Shown: one piece after another, positions 55,657 to 64,000 of the stretch
Numbering within the stretch: the stretch's first letter is position 1
Layout: the number at the start of each line of letters is the position of its first letter
Assembly (NCBI GenBank): GCA_964594835.1
Contig: CAZQNA010000004.1
Span: forward strand, 1 to 64,000
Reading direction: 5' to 3'
Source: an uncultured Nitrososphaerota archaeon
Lineage (GTDB): Archaea; Korarchaeota; Korarchaeia; Korarchaeales; Korarchaeaceae
DNA: 64,000 nt
Translations under genes and position numbers: made by a program
Notes under the pieces: model-generated
What the model was told of the DNA's origin: nothing
The model's database searches: none
The model's input: only the letters and a program-made list of their open reading frames with translations

Positions 55657-58600
55657 ATGGACCTGGAGGGGTACTTCGCCGAGCTCGCGGAGAAGGTGGA
55701 GGAGCTCTATCGAGTCGCCAAAGAGGCCAGATCAAGGGGGATGGATCCCTCCACGGATGTGGAGGTTGCCAGGGGCGACACCATAGGCCAGAGGCTCGTC
55801 GCCCTCTTCGAGAGGCCGGACCTCGCCGAGGCCGTCCAGAGGTACCTCAGCCAGGGGCTGGGGAAGGTCGAGACCGCCTTCAAGGTCGCCAGCGACATAC
55901 TGGACGCGGGAGGCGCCGACGAGGAGGAGCTGGCCGAGCTGGCCGTCAGGGTCGGGATGGCGATAATGACGGACGCCACGGTCTCCGCGCCGATCGAGGG
56001 GATAAGCTCCGTCAGGATCAAGGTCAACCCCAGGGACGGGTCCCGCTACCTCGCCGTGTACTACAATGGGCCTATAAGGACGGCTGGAGGGACTGAGGGA
56101 GCCCTCAGCGTCGTGCTTGCGGACTTCGTCAGGCAGAGGCTCGGCCTCGACAGGTACAAGCCGACCGACTCCGAGATCGAGAGGTACGTCGAGGAGATAG
56201 AGCTGTACCGGAGGGCAGTCCACCTCCAGTACAACTCCACCCCTGACGAGGTCAGGTACGTGGCGAGGCACCTGTTGGTGGAGGTCACGGGCCCCCCGAC
56301 CGAGGAGGTCGAGGTCTCGACGAACAGGGACCTCCCAACGGTGGAGACGAACAGGGTCCGCGGGGGGGCCGCGCTCGTACTGAACGACTGCCTCCTCCAG
56401 AAGAGGAAGAAGCTCGCCAAGGAGATACCCAAGCTCGCCGAGGTCGTCGAGTTCGACCCTGGCGGGTGGGAGTGGGTCAGGGGGCCGTCCGAGGGGGAAG
56501 GGTCCGAGGGGGCAGGGGAGTCAAGGGAGGGGTGCCCCTACGTCCCCCCCTCATATAAGTACCTGAGGGACTCTGTCGTGGGCAGGCCGGTCCTGTCCTA
56601 CCCGTCGGCCGTGGGAGGCTTCAGGCTCAGGTACGGGCATGCTCGGAACACCGGTTTGGCCTCTGTCGGGGTCCACCCGGCCACCATGGTGATGCTGGAG
56701 GACTTCCTAGCCGTCGGGACCCAAGTCAGGATCGAGAGGCCGGGCAAGAGCGCCATAGTGATGCCGGTCGACTCGATAGAGGGCCCGGTGGTCAGGCTCA
56801 GGGACGGGTCCGTGGTGAGGGTCGAGGACCCGGAGAGGGCGAGGGCCCTCCTGCCGGAAGTCGACAGGATCCTCTTCCTGGGGGACGTGCTCATAGGCTT
56901 CGGGGAGTTCCTCGAGAACAACCACGTACTCCTCCCATCCGCCTGGGTGGAGGAGTGGTGGCACGAGCTGGTCGTGTCCGAGTCGGAGAGGAGGGGCGTG
57001 CGACTCCCAGAGCGCGTGAGGGAGGATCCGTTCGCGCCGGTCGACTTCGACACGGCCGTGGAGCTGAGCGTCTCCCTCGGAGTCCCCCTCCACCCGAGGT
57101 GGACCTACCTGTGGCACGAGCTGACCGTCGACAGGCTGGCCGAACTCGTGGACGCCCTGAGGGGATCCGAGTACGACGGCCGAGCCCTCAGGGTCCCCGA
57201 CGCCGGTAGGGTGAAGGAGTCCCTGGAGGCTCTCTGCGTCCCGCACAGGGTCGAGGAGGGGTTCATCGTCGTGGAGGGAGACGACGCAAAAGCCCTGCAG
57301 ACCACCCTACTGTCGCGCGACGCCGACCTATCGGAGTTCGGCCCCCACGAGGTCATGAGGGCCGTGAACTCCCTGGCGCCCTACAGGGTCATGCCAAAGG
57401 CTCCCCACTTCGTGGGCATGAGGCTCGGGAGGCCAGAGAAGGCCAAGCCCAGGAAGATGAAGCCCCCCGTGAACGTGCTCTTCCCGATAGGCAGGCAGAA
57501 GGGGATGTCCAGATCGCTGAAGAAGGCCCTCCAGAGCGGCCTGGCGGCCGTGGAGGTGGCCCTCAGGAGGTGCCCCTCCTGCGGGGCCGAGACCGTTCAC
57601 TACACCTGCCCCTCCTGCGACGTGAGGACCGAGCCCCAGCTCTTCTGTCCCAGGTGTGGGAGGAGGCTGAGGGAGGGCCAGAGGTGCCCCGATCACCCCA
57701 GGGAGGAGCCCGTCAACTACCGATCGACCGAGCTCAACGTGAGGGCCATCACCTCGGAGGCCGTGGATCGTCTCGGCGGGGGATACCCTCTTGACGGGGT
57801 CAAGTGCGTTCAGGGGCTGACCAGTAGGTCCAAGAGTCCGGAGCCTCTGGAGAAGGGCATACTGAGGGCCTACAGGGATCTGTACGTTTTCAAGGACGGG
57901 ACGATCAGGTTCGACGTCACGAACGCGGCGCTCACCCACTTCACGCCGGCCGAGGTCGGGGTCGCCCCCGAGAGGCTCAGGGAGCTCGGGTACCTGGAGG
58001 ACATCCACGGGAGGCCCTTGGTCTCCGACGATCAGCTCCTGGAGCTGAAGGTGCAGGACGTGATCATCCCCCGGAGGGCCGCCGAGTACCTGTTCCAGGT
58101 CTCGAAGTTCATAGACGACCTGCTGACCAGGTTCTACGGGCTGGACCCGTTCTACAACCTAGAGGGGCCCGAGGACCTCGTGGGGCACGTCCTCTTCACG
58201 ATATCCCCGCACACGTTCGTCGCCAACGCGGTCAGGGTGATCGGGTTCACGGACGCTGACATCATCCTCGCCCACCCCTACCTGCACGCGGCGAAGAGGA
58301 GGAACGTCGACGGGGACGAGGACTCGCTGATCCTCGGCCTCGACTGCCTCCTGAACTTCTCCAAGTCATACCTCCCGTCCAAGCCGGGTGGGAGGGAGGA
58401 CGCTCCGCTCATCCTGGTGACCAGGATCGACTTGGAGTACATAGACGACGAGTGCTACAACATAGAGGTGATGTGGAGGTACCCCAGGGAGTTCTTCGAG
58501 GCCACCCTCGAGTACAGGCACCCCGCGGAGGTGGAGGGCTCGCTGGTGCAGACCGTAGGCACGGTCTACTCGTCCGGGGACAGGTACCCGAGCATAGGCT

Positions 58601-59190
58601 TCACGCACCCGACCTCTCACTGCTGGAGGGGCCCGCTGGTGACGGCGTACAGGACCCTCAACTCCATGCTGGAGAAGCTGGAGAGGCACATCGCCCTGGA
58701 GGAGAGGATATCGGCCGTGGACCCAGAGGACGCCATATCCAGGGCTATGTCGGCCCACTTCCTGAGGGACATAGCCGGGAACCTCAGGAAGTACGCCAGC
58801 CAGAAGTTCAGGTGCCTCAAGTGCAACAGGAAGTTCAGGAGGCCCCCCCTGTCGGGGAGGTGCCCCTACTGCGGTGGGGACATAACCCTGACGATCCACC
58901 CGAGGTCGGCGGTCAAGTACCTGGAGCCCACCAAGAGGATCCTGGAGGCCTACAACCTCAGGGGCTACCTGCTCCAGAGGGTAGAACTCCTCGAGGAGGA
59001 GGCAGGCACCCTGTTCGACCTAACGTCCCCGGGTCAGCAGGGCGAGGCTAGGTCTAGGAGCCTGACTGAGTTCAGCTTCTCGGAGGGCGCCGAGGGCGCC
59101 GGGGAGCTCGAGTCGGGCGAGGAGGCGCCAGCGAGAGTGGAGAGAGCGGAGAGGAGGGAGGGGAGGGCCGACCTCTCAGCCTTCCTGTAG
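55657..59190 (+). CDS. polC: DNA polymerase D large subunit DP2
   Basis: GPIRTAGGT, FRLRYG, GRPEKA, KDGTIRFD, KRRNVDGDED, zinc fingers; no intein. Confidence 0.97.
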   Translation: MDLEGYFAELAEKVEELYRVAKEARSRGMDPSTDVEVARGDTIGQRLVALFERPDLAEAVQRYLSQGLGKVETAFKVASDILDAGGADEEELAELAVRVGMAIMTDATVSAPIEGISSVRIKVNPRDGSRYLAVYYNGPIRTAGGTEGALSVVLADFVRQRLGLDRYKPTDSEIERYVEEIELYRRAVHLQYNSTPDEVRYVARHLLVEVTGPPTEEVEVSTNRDLPTVETNRVRGGAALVLNDCLLQKRKKLAKEIPKLAEVVEFDPGGWEWVRGPSEGEGSEGAGESREGCPYVPPSYKYLRDSVVGRPVLSYPSAVGGFRLRYGHARNTGLASVGVHPATMVMLEDFLAVGTQVRIERPGKSAIVMPVDSIEGPVVRLRDGSVVRVEDPERARALLPEVDRILFLGDVLIGFGEFLENNHVLLPSAWVEEWWHELVVSESERRGVRLPERVREDPFAPVDFDTAVELSVSLGVPLHPRWTYLWHELTVDRLAELVDALRGSEYDGRALRVPDAGRVKESLEALCVPHRVEEGFIVVEGDDAKALQTTLLSRDADLSEFGPHEVMRAVNSLAPYRVMPKAPHFVGMRLGRPEKAKPRKMKPPVNVLFPIGRQKGMSRSLKKALQSGLAAVEVALRRCPSCGAETVHYTCPSCDVRTEPQLFCPRCGRRLREGQRCPDHPREEPVNYRSTELNVRAITSEAVDRLGGGYPLDGVKCVQGLTSRSKSPEPLEKGILRAYRDLYVFKDGTIRFDVTNAALTHFTPAEVGVAPERLRELGYLEDIHGRPLVSDDQLLELKVQDVIIPRRAAEYLFQVSKFIDDLLTRFYGLDPFYNLEGPEDLVGHVLFTISPHTFVANAVRVIGFTDADIILAHPYLHAAKRRNVDGDEDSLILGLDCLLNFSKSYLPSKPGGREDAPLILVTRIDLEYIDDECYNIEVMWRYPREFFEATLEYRHPAEVEGSLVQTVGTVYSSGDRYPSIGFTHPTSHCWRGPLVTAYRTLNSMLEKLERHIALEERISAVDPEDAISRAMSAHFLRDIAGNLRKYASQKFRCLKCNRKFRRPPLSGRCPYCGGDITLTIHPRSAVKYLEPTKRILEAYNLRGYLLQRVELLEEEAGTLFDLTSPGQQGEARSRSLTEFSFSEGAEGAGELESGEEAPARVERAERREGRADLSAFL

Positions 59191-59202
59191 GGAGGTGAGG
59201 GG

Positions 59203-59550
59203 TTGAGGATCAGGCCGATAGGCTCGCTGAGGGAGGGAGAGCCCGCCGCGGTGGTGGGCGTTGTCCTCCAGAGGGTGGAGAACTACGTAGTGCTCGACGA
59301 CGGGACCGGGAGGGCCAGGGTCTACTCCGACCAGGTCGACCCCCTATCGCCGGGGGATTTCGTGCTGGCCGTCGGCGTGGTCGCGGCCGCCGGACGCGTG
59401 GTCGAGATCCAGTCCGAGGCCCTGACTAAGGTGACCGGGATGGACCCGGACCTCCTCAAGGAAACCCTAAAATTGGTGGCCGAGGTTGAGGGACGAGACG
59501 CGGTTTCAGACGAGTCTGATGGGCGGGAGTTGGATGAGCATGAGCGGTGA
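59203..59550 (+). CDS. small OB-fold protein, RPA14-like
   Basis: VVG.V, LDDGTG, V.A.G, C-terminal helix D.DLLKE; resembles the smallest archaeal RPA subunit. Confidence 0.7.
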   Translation: MRIRPIGSLREGEPAAVVGVVLQRVENYVVLDDGTGRARVYSDQVDPLSPGDFVLAVGVVAAAGRVVEIQSEALTKVTGMDPDLLKETLKLVAEVEGRDAVSDESDGRELDEHER

Positions 59551-60310
59551 GGTTGGAGAGGTAGTCCTTGCGTTTGAGGAGGGCAAGGTCATCCGGAAGA
59601 TAGTCGAGGCCGTCGAGGCGCTGATCGAGGAGGCCACCTTCAAGGTCAGCCCCGAGGAGGGGTTCGTCCTCCAGGCCCTGGACCCGGCGAAGATAGCGAT
59701 GGTCCAGGTCTTCCTGCCCAAGCCCTTCTTCTCGGAGATCCAGGTGGAGGGAGATTCCTTCTTCGGCGTGAACTTCACCGAGCTGGCCAAGGTGATGAAG
59801 AGGGTGAAGGCGGAGGACAGGGTGGAGTTCCGCCTCGCGAGGGATTCTCTCACCGTAATCCTCAGGGACGGCTTCAGGAGGACCCACAGGCTCGCCCTCC
59901 TCCCGCCGGAGGAGTTTCAGGTCCGCAGCCTGAAGGTCAACTTCACGGCCGGCATCAGGATGGACAGCAGGAAGATGCCGGAGATCATAAGGGAACTCAA
60001 GGGGATATCCTCGGAGGTCGAGATAACGATAGACGGGGAGAAGACCGAGTTCGCCGCCAGGAGCGAGAGGCAGGAGTCCAGGATCACAATAGAGAAGACG
60101 GATCCGATCGTGCTGGACATATGGGCGCAGGAGCCGGCTCGGGCGGTCTACGGGCTCGGGTACCTGGAGAAGATGGTGAAGCCGGCCGACATATCCGCGG
60201 AGGTCTCCCTGGAGATAGCGACGGACAAGCCCATGATGATGAAGTACTCGATAGGCGGGTTCGCCGACGCGAGCGTCGTCTACTACCTGGCCAACGTGGC
60301 GGGGATGTGA
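59540..60310 (+). CDS. pcn: PCNA sliding clamp
   Basis: EATF, QALDPAKIAMV, YGLGYL, DKPM, YYLA. Confidence 0.92.
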   Translation: MSGEVGEVVLAFEEGKVIRKIVEAVEALIEEATFKVSPEEGFVLQALDPAKIAMVQVFLPKPFFSEIQVEGDSFFGVNFTELAKVMKRVKAEDRVEFRLARDSLTVILRDGFRRTHRLALLPPEEFQVRSLKVNFTAGIRMDSRKMPEIIRELKGISSEVEITIDGEKTEFAARSERQESRITIEKTDPIVLDIWAQEPARAVYGLGYLEKMVKPADISAEVSLEIATDKPMMMKYSIGGFADASVVYYLANVAGM

Positions 60311-60320
60311 CGGCCCCCCG

Positions 60321-61286
60321 ATGGAGGAGCTCGAGCCTGAGCTGGCCTCTCGATACCCCTTCACCTCTCTCGGAAGGAGGCTGATAGAGTCCGAGGGGCT
60401 GACGGGGGAGGAGCTGGCCTTCGACCCCCTCCTGGAGTCCAGCAGGCTGCACGCCAGGAGGAGGCTTCTGGCCGCCGTGACGGGCTCGACCTACCTGGAG
60501 GACCTCTACATACCCCCGCTGGACGCGGTTGCGGCCTACCTGATAGTCAGGCTCGTGACATCCTGGGCCGGAGACCCCTACCTGAGCAGGCTGGTTGCCG
60601 AGCACGAGTCGAAGAGGTTCTACAGGGTGGCGAGGGACGAGCCCACGGAGGTCCTCATCTGGATAGCCGGGGAGCTGGGGGCCAGGGCCACCTCGGACCG
60701 GGACGACTGGACCTGGATAGACCTGCCGAGCTACCTCAGGGCCGCCTCGAGGCTCGGAGGGGACTCCTGGAGGATGGCCAACAGGGACGTGCGGCGGGGG
60801 ATGGTTCGACTCGACAGGCGGGAGCTGGCGAGGGTCCTTCAGGAACTCCTTAGGGCCCACCTCCTGGAGCCCACCCCCAGAATCGATCTGCCGAGGCCCC
60901 TGGCGTCTATTGGAGAGGAGGTTCTCAGGAGGCTGAGGGAGAGGAAGGAGTCCGCCAGAGCACCTCAGCCCTCGAGGGCCCTCCCACCCTGCATAGAGAG
61001 GCTTATGGAGAAGGCCCAGAGGGGGGAGAACATGAACCACCAGGAGAGGTTCACCCTCGCCGCGTACCTCCTGAAGGTGGGCTGGTCCGTCGACCGGGTG
61101 GTCGACCTCTTCAGGGGCTCCCCGGACTTCAAGGAGAGGGTCGCGAGGTACCAGGTGAGCCACATAGCCAGGAGGGGGTACAACCCGCCCAACTGCGCGA
61201 CGCTCAGGGCCTGGGGCATTTGCTCGGAGGACTGCGGGGTGAGGTCCCCGCTCTCGTACCGCGGCCGGGGGAGGAGGAGAGGGTGA
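60321..61286 (+). CDS. priL: DNA primase large subunit
   Basis: RYPF, PPCI, H.ERF, PDF, YQVSHI, YNPPNC, Fe-S cysteines. Confidence 0.93.
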   Translation: MEELEPELASRYPFTSLGRRLIESEGLTGEELAFDPLLESSRLHARRRLLAAVTGSTYLEDLYIPPLDAVAAYLIVRLVTSWAGDPYLSRLVAEHESKRFYRVARDEPTEVLIWIAGELGARATSDRDDWTWIDLPSYLRAASRLGGDSWRMANRDVRRGMVRLDRRELARVLQELLRAHLLEPTPRIDLPRPLASIGEEVLRRLRERKESARAPQPSRALPPCIERLMEKAQRGENMNHQERFTLAAYLLKVGWSVDRVVDLFRGSPDFKERVARYQVSHIARRGYNPPNCATLRAWGICSEDCGVRSPLSYRGRGRRRG

Positions 61287-62473
61287 ACCCCCTCCGCTCA
61301 GCCTTCAGGGAGTACTACGCCCTTTGGTCCAGATCCATATTCGTGCCGAGGGTGGATCGTCGCGAGATAATGATGGTGACGTTCGACGGGACGGTCATCA
61401 GGCACGTCTCCGTCGGAGACCTGGGGTCCCTGCGAGCCATGCTGGCGAGGGAGGCTCCAAGGCACGCCTACTACTCCGTGGGAATATACGAGAGGCCCTC
61501 GGCCAAGTCCATGCAGGAGAAGGGCCTGACGGGCGCGGAGCTCCTGTTCGACATCGACGCGGATCACCTGGGAGTCGAGGAGTGCGACCGCGGCCTGGCC
61601 TGGCGCTGCAGGTCATGCGGCGAGTCGGGCGAGGGCCCTCCCCCAGAGGCGTGCCCGAGCTGCGGCGCCACCGAGCTGGAGAGGCTTGACTGGCTCTCGG
61701 AGGAGTGCCTCGACGCGGCCAAGGGGGAGGTCACCCGCCTCCTCGACATCCTGGAGTCGGACCTCGGGGTCTCGAGCGAGGACCTGATGGTGTACTTCAC
61801 GGGGCACAGGGGATACCACGTCAGGGCGCTCTCGGAGGAGTACCTCCGGCTGGGGAAGGAGGAGAGGAGGGAGCTGGCGGCTCACGTCTCGGGGATATCC
61901 TTCAGGGCGAACTGGGTGTTCCGCGTCAGCGGAGCCAGCCTCCTCTCCCCGAACGTGAGGGAGGGCGGCTGGAGGGGCAGGGTCGCCAGGGAGATACTCA
62001 GGGCGCTCGACGACCCGGAGGGGTCGAGGGTGCGCCCGCCCGAGAGCCTCCTCGCCAGGAGGGAGGAGCTGGCCAGGTGCCTTTTGGAGGGGGTCCCGCT
62101 GCTTAATCCTGGTACTGCGCTGGTCAGGGACCTCAGGAGGATGGCGGCGGAGATCGTGCGAGGGCTCGGGGTCAGGATCGACGAGCAGGTCACCCCCGAC
62201 ACCAGCAGGCTGACGAGAATCCCGAACAGCCTCCACGGGAAGACCGGGCTGAGGGCCATGGCCCTATCCAGGGATGAGCTCAGGGACTTTCAGCCGCTGA
62301 GGGACGCTGTTGGACTGCCAGACGACCGGGTCAGGGTTTTCACCACGGCGCCCGTGCCGAGGTTCAGGGTTAAGGGCGAGTGGTTCGGCCCATTTGAGCA
62401 GGGGGTCGGGGTCGACCTCCCCATGTACGCCGCGGCCCTGGTCCTGCTGAAGGGCAGGGGTGTGATCCCTTGA
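61283..62473 (+). CDS. priS: DNA primase small subunit
   Basis: YYS, ELLFDIDAD, FTGHRGYH, IDEQVT.D..RL.RIPNSLHGKTG. Confidence 0.95.
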   Translation: MNPLRSAFREYYALWSRSIFVPRVDRREIMMVTFDGTVIRHVSVGDLGSLRAMLAREAPRHAYYSVGIYERPSAKSMQEKGLTGAELLFDIDADHLGVEECDRGLAWRCRSCGESGEGPPPEACPSCGATELERLDWLSEECLDAAKGEVTRLLDILESDLGVSSEDLMVYFTGHRGYHVRALSEEYLRLGKEERRELAAHVSGISFRANWVFRVSGASLLSPNVREGGWRGRVAREILRALDDPEGSRVRPPESLLARREELARCLLEGVPLLNPGTALVRDLRRMAAEIVRGLGVRIDEQVTPDTSRLTRIPNSLHGKTGLRAMALSRDELRDFQPLRDAVGLPDDRVRVFTTAPVPRFRVKGEWFGPFEQGVGVDLPMYAAALVLLKGRGVIP

Positions 62474-62997
62474 GTGCCCCAACCCTGTACCACGAGCTGG
62501 TCGAGGCGCTGGTGAGAGAGCTCACCTCAGATCGACTCGAGGATCTCCCCGAAGACCTGTTCACCCGGGTTGAACGGTGGCTGGAGTCGCTTCTAGAGTC
62601 GGCCGTCGGAGACCAGGCCAGGGAGGTGGTGGACGCCCTTGCCAGGGAGTGCCGGGGGATCATGATGGCCATCGAGGAGATCCGCAGGGCGAAGTCCGGC
62701 GAGGGCGCGGGGCCAGGTGGGGTCGAAGAGGTGGCCGCCCCGACCGGCGGGACCTCGCACCCCTCGGGCGAGTCGCCCGCGACGGAGAGGCCCGTCGGCC
62801 CGCCAAGGCTCCCGGCGGGAAAGGTTTTAGTAACGTTTAAAACACCCTTGCGGGAGTTCGTGGCGTCGGACCTGAGGGTCTACGGCCCCTTCCGGGAGGG
62901 CGATGTCTGCCTCCTCCCGGTCGAGGACGCCGAAGCCCTGGAGGCCAGGGGAGTCGTGGAGGTGTTGATAGGGGATGAAGGTGCCGAGCAAGATTAG
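62470..62997 (+). CDS. gins: GINS complex subunit Gins15/51
   Basis: C-terminal B domain EFVASDLRVYGPFREGDVCLLP..AEAL..RG; follows priS. Confidence 0.85.
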   Translation: MSAPTLYHELVEALVRELTSDRLEDLPEDLFTRVERWLESLLESAVGDQAREVVDALARECRGIMMAIEEIRRAKSGEGAGPGGVEEVAAPTGGTSHPSGESPATERPVGPPRLPAGKVLVTFKTPLREFVASDLRVYGPFREGDVCLLPVEDAEALEARGVVEVLIGDEGAEQD

Positions 62998-63253
62998 GAC
63001 CTACTGCCCCAAGTGCGGGACCCACACCGAGCACAAGGTCTCACTCTACAAGGCTGGCAGGCAGAGGACCCTCTCCTGGGGGGCGAGGCAGCTGGAGAGG
63101 AAGAGGCGCGGTTACGGCGGAGAGCCTAGGGGGATGCTCAGGAGGAAGGCCAAGATAAACAAGAAGGCAGTCCTCGTACTGACGTGCTCTCAGTGCGGCA
63201 GGAAGCAGCTGAGGAGCCTCGGCAGGCTCAGCAGGGTAGAGGTGGTTAGGTAG
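62975..63253 (+). CDS. rpl44e: 50S ribosomal protein L44e
   Basis: TYCPKC..HT.H, GYGG, KK, CSQC. Confidence 0.96.
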   Translation: MKVPSKIRTYCPKCGTHTEHKVSLYKAGRQRTLSWGARQLERKRRGYGGEPRGMLRRKAKINKKAVLVLTCSQCGRKQLRSLGRLSRVEVVR

Positions 63254-63267
63254 GCGGGTGACTCCCG

Positions 63268-63483
63268 ATGGCCAAGAGCAGGAAGAAGGCCCTGATCCCC
63301 CTCCCCCGCTCCTACTTCGTCAGGGTGAAGTGCCCGAAGTGCGGCAACGAGCAGGTGATATTCTCCCACGCGTCGCGCGTCGTCAGGTGCCTCGTCTGCG
63401 ACGAGGTCCTAGCCGAGCCGACCGGCGGCAAGGCCAGGATCCACGCCCCCGTGATGGCGGTCTACGGCAAGCTGTCGGAGTGA
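63268..63483 (+). CDS. rps27e: 30S ribosomal protein S27e
   Basis: [26 protein letters not shown]. Confidence 0.97.
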   Translation: MAKSRKKALIPLPRSYFVRVKCPKCGNEQVIFSHASRVVRCLVCDEVLAEPTGGKARIHAPVMAVYGKLSE

Positions 63484-63488
63484 GGCCC

Positions 63489-64000
63489 ATGCCGAGGGAC
63501 TTCCCGAGGCGGAACGAGCTGGTCGTCGCCACGGTGAAGAGAGTAGAGGAGCACGGGGTGATCGCGGAGCTCGAGGAGTACGAGGGTCTGGAGGCCTACA
63601 TACCCAGGGGCCACGTGGCCTCCGGCAGGATCAAGGACATCCGGGACTTCGTCAAGGAGGGGGATAGGGTAGTCGGCAGGGTCATACGGGCCGACAGGGT
63701 CAGGCGTCAGGTGGACCTCTCCCTCAGGTACGTCAGCAGGGATCAGGCCGAGCGAAAGCTCAGGGAGTGGAAGGAGAGGTCGAGGGCCCTCTCCCTGATC
63801 AGGGTCGCCGCGACCAGGGCGGGGGTGAGGAACCCTGAGGAGGCTGCCAGGAGGATCCTAGCCGGAATAGAGGACGCCTACGAGTCCGCCCTGGAGGCCC
63901 TGGAGGACGCCCTGGGCCACCCGGAGGTGCTGGACAGACTCGGAGTCCCGAAGAACGTGGCCGAGCACCTGATACCCCTCATCAGGGAGCAGCTGAAGCC
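63489..64000 (+). CDS. eif2a: translation initiation factor aIF2 alpha (truncated at window end)
   Basis: MPRDFPRRNELVVATVKRV..HG...LEEY, S1 domain, VDLSL; follows rps27e. Confidence 0.92.
   Translation, partial: MPRDFPRRNELVVATVKRVEEHGVIAELEEYEGLEAYIPRGHVASGRIKDIRDFVKEGDRVVGRVIRADRVRRQVDLSLRYVSRDQAERKLREWKERSRALSLIRVAATRAGVRNPEEAARRILAGIEDAYESALEALEDALGHPEVLDRLGVPKNVAEHLIPLIREQLK

Noticed and set aside
1-64000. CRISPR arrays, IS elements, defence systems, inteins
   Set aside because: No spaced direct repeats, transposase or nuclease motifs seen; RpoA, RpoB and DP2 lengths leave no room for inteins

Overview
GC-rich archaeal chromosome window, almost entirely core information-processing genes. 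The marker mix (unsplit RpoA and RpoB, PolD DP2, eS30, Elf1, a two-unit splicing endonuclease, and the 16S 5' sequence) points to a TACK lineage, most likely Korarchaeia (inference). It holds the 5' half of a 16S rRNA gene, three tRNAs (Gly-GCC with a BHB intron, Leu-TAG, Ser-TGA), ribosomal protein clusters, the rpoH-B-A-rpl30e-nusA-rps12-rps7 operon, a DP2-RPA14-PCNA-PriL-PriS-GINS-rpl44e-rps27e-aIF2alpha operon, RNA modification genes, glycolysis/nucleoside genes and a few envelope proteins. I saw no CRISPR array, transposase, integrase or intein. Three real-looking genes are missing from the ORF track: eS30, Gar1 (no ATG/GTG/TTG start) and a 59-aa protein resembling only the Fe-S domain of TFEbeta/RPC34. 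Top leads are that mini-TFEbeta, an EMC6/RAB5IF-like membrane protein fused to an ectodomain, and an M1 peptidase whose signal peptide appears to be read through tRNA-Leu. All family calls are from motif recognition by eye, not database searches.
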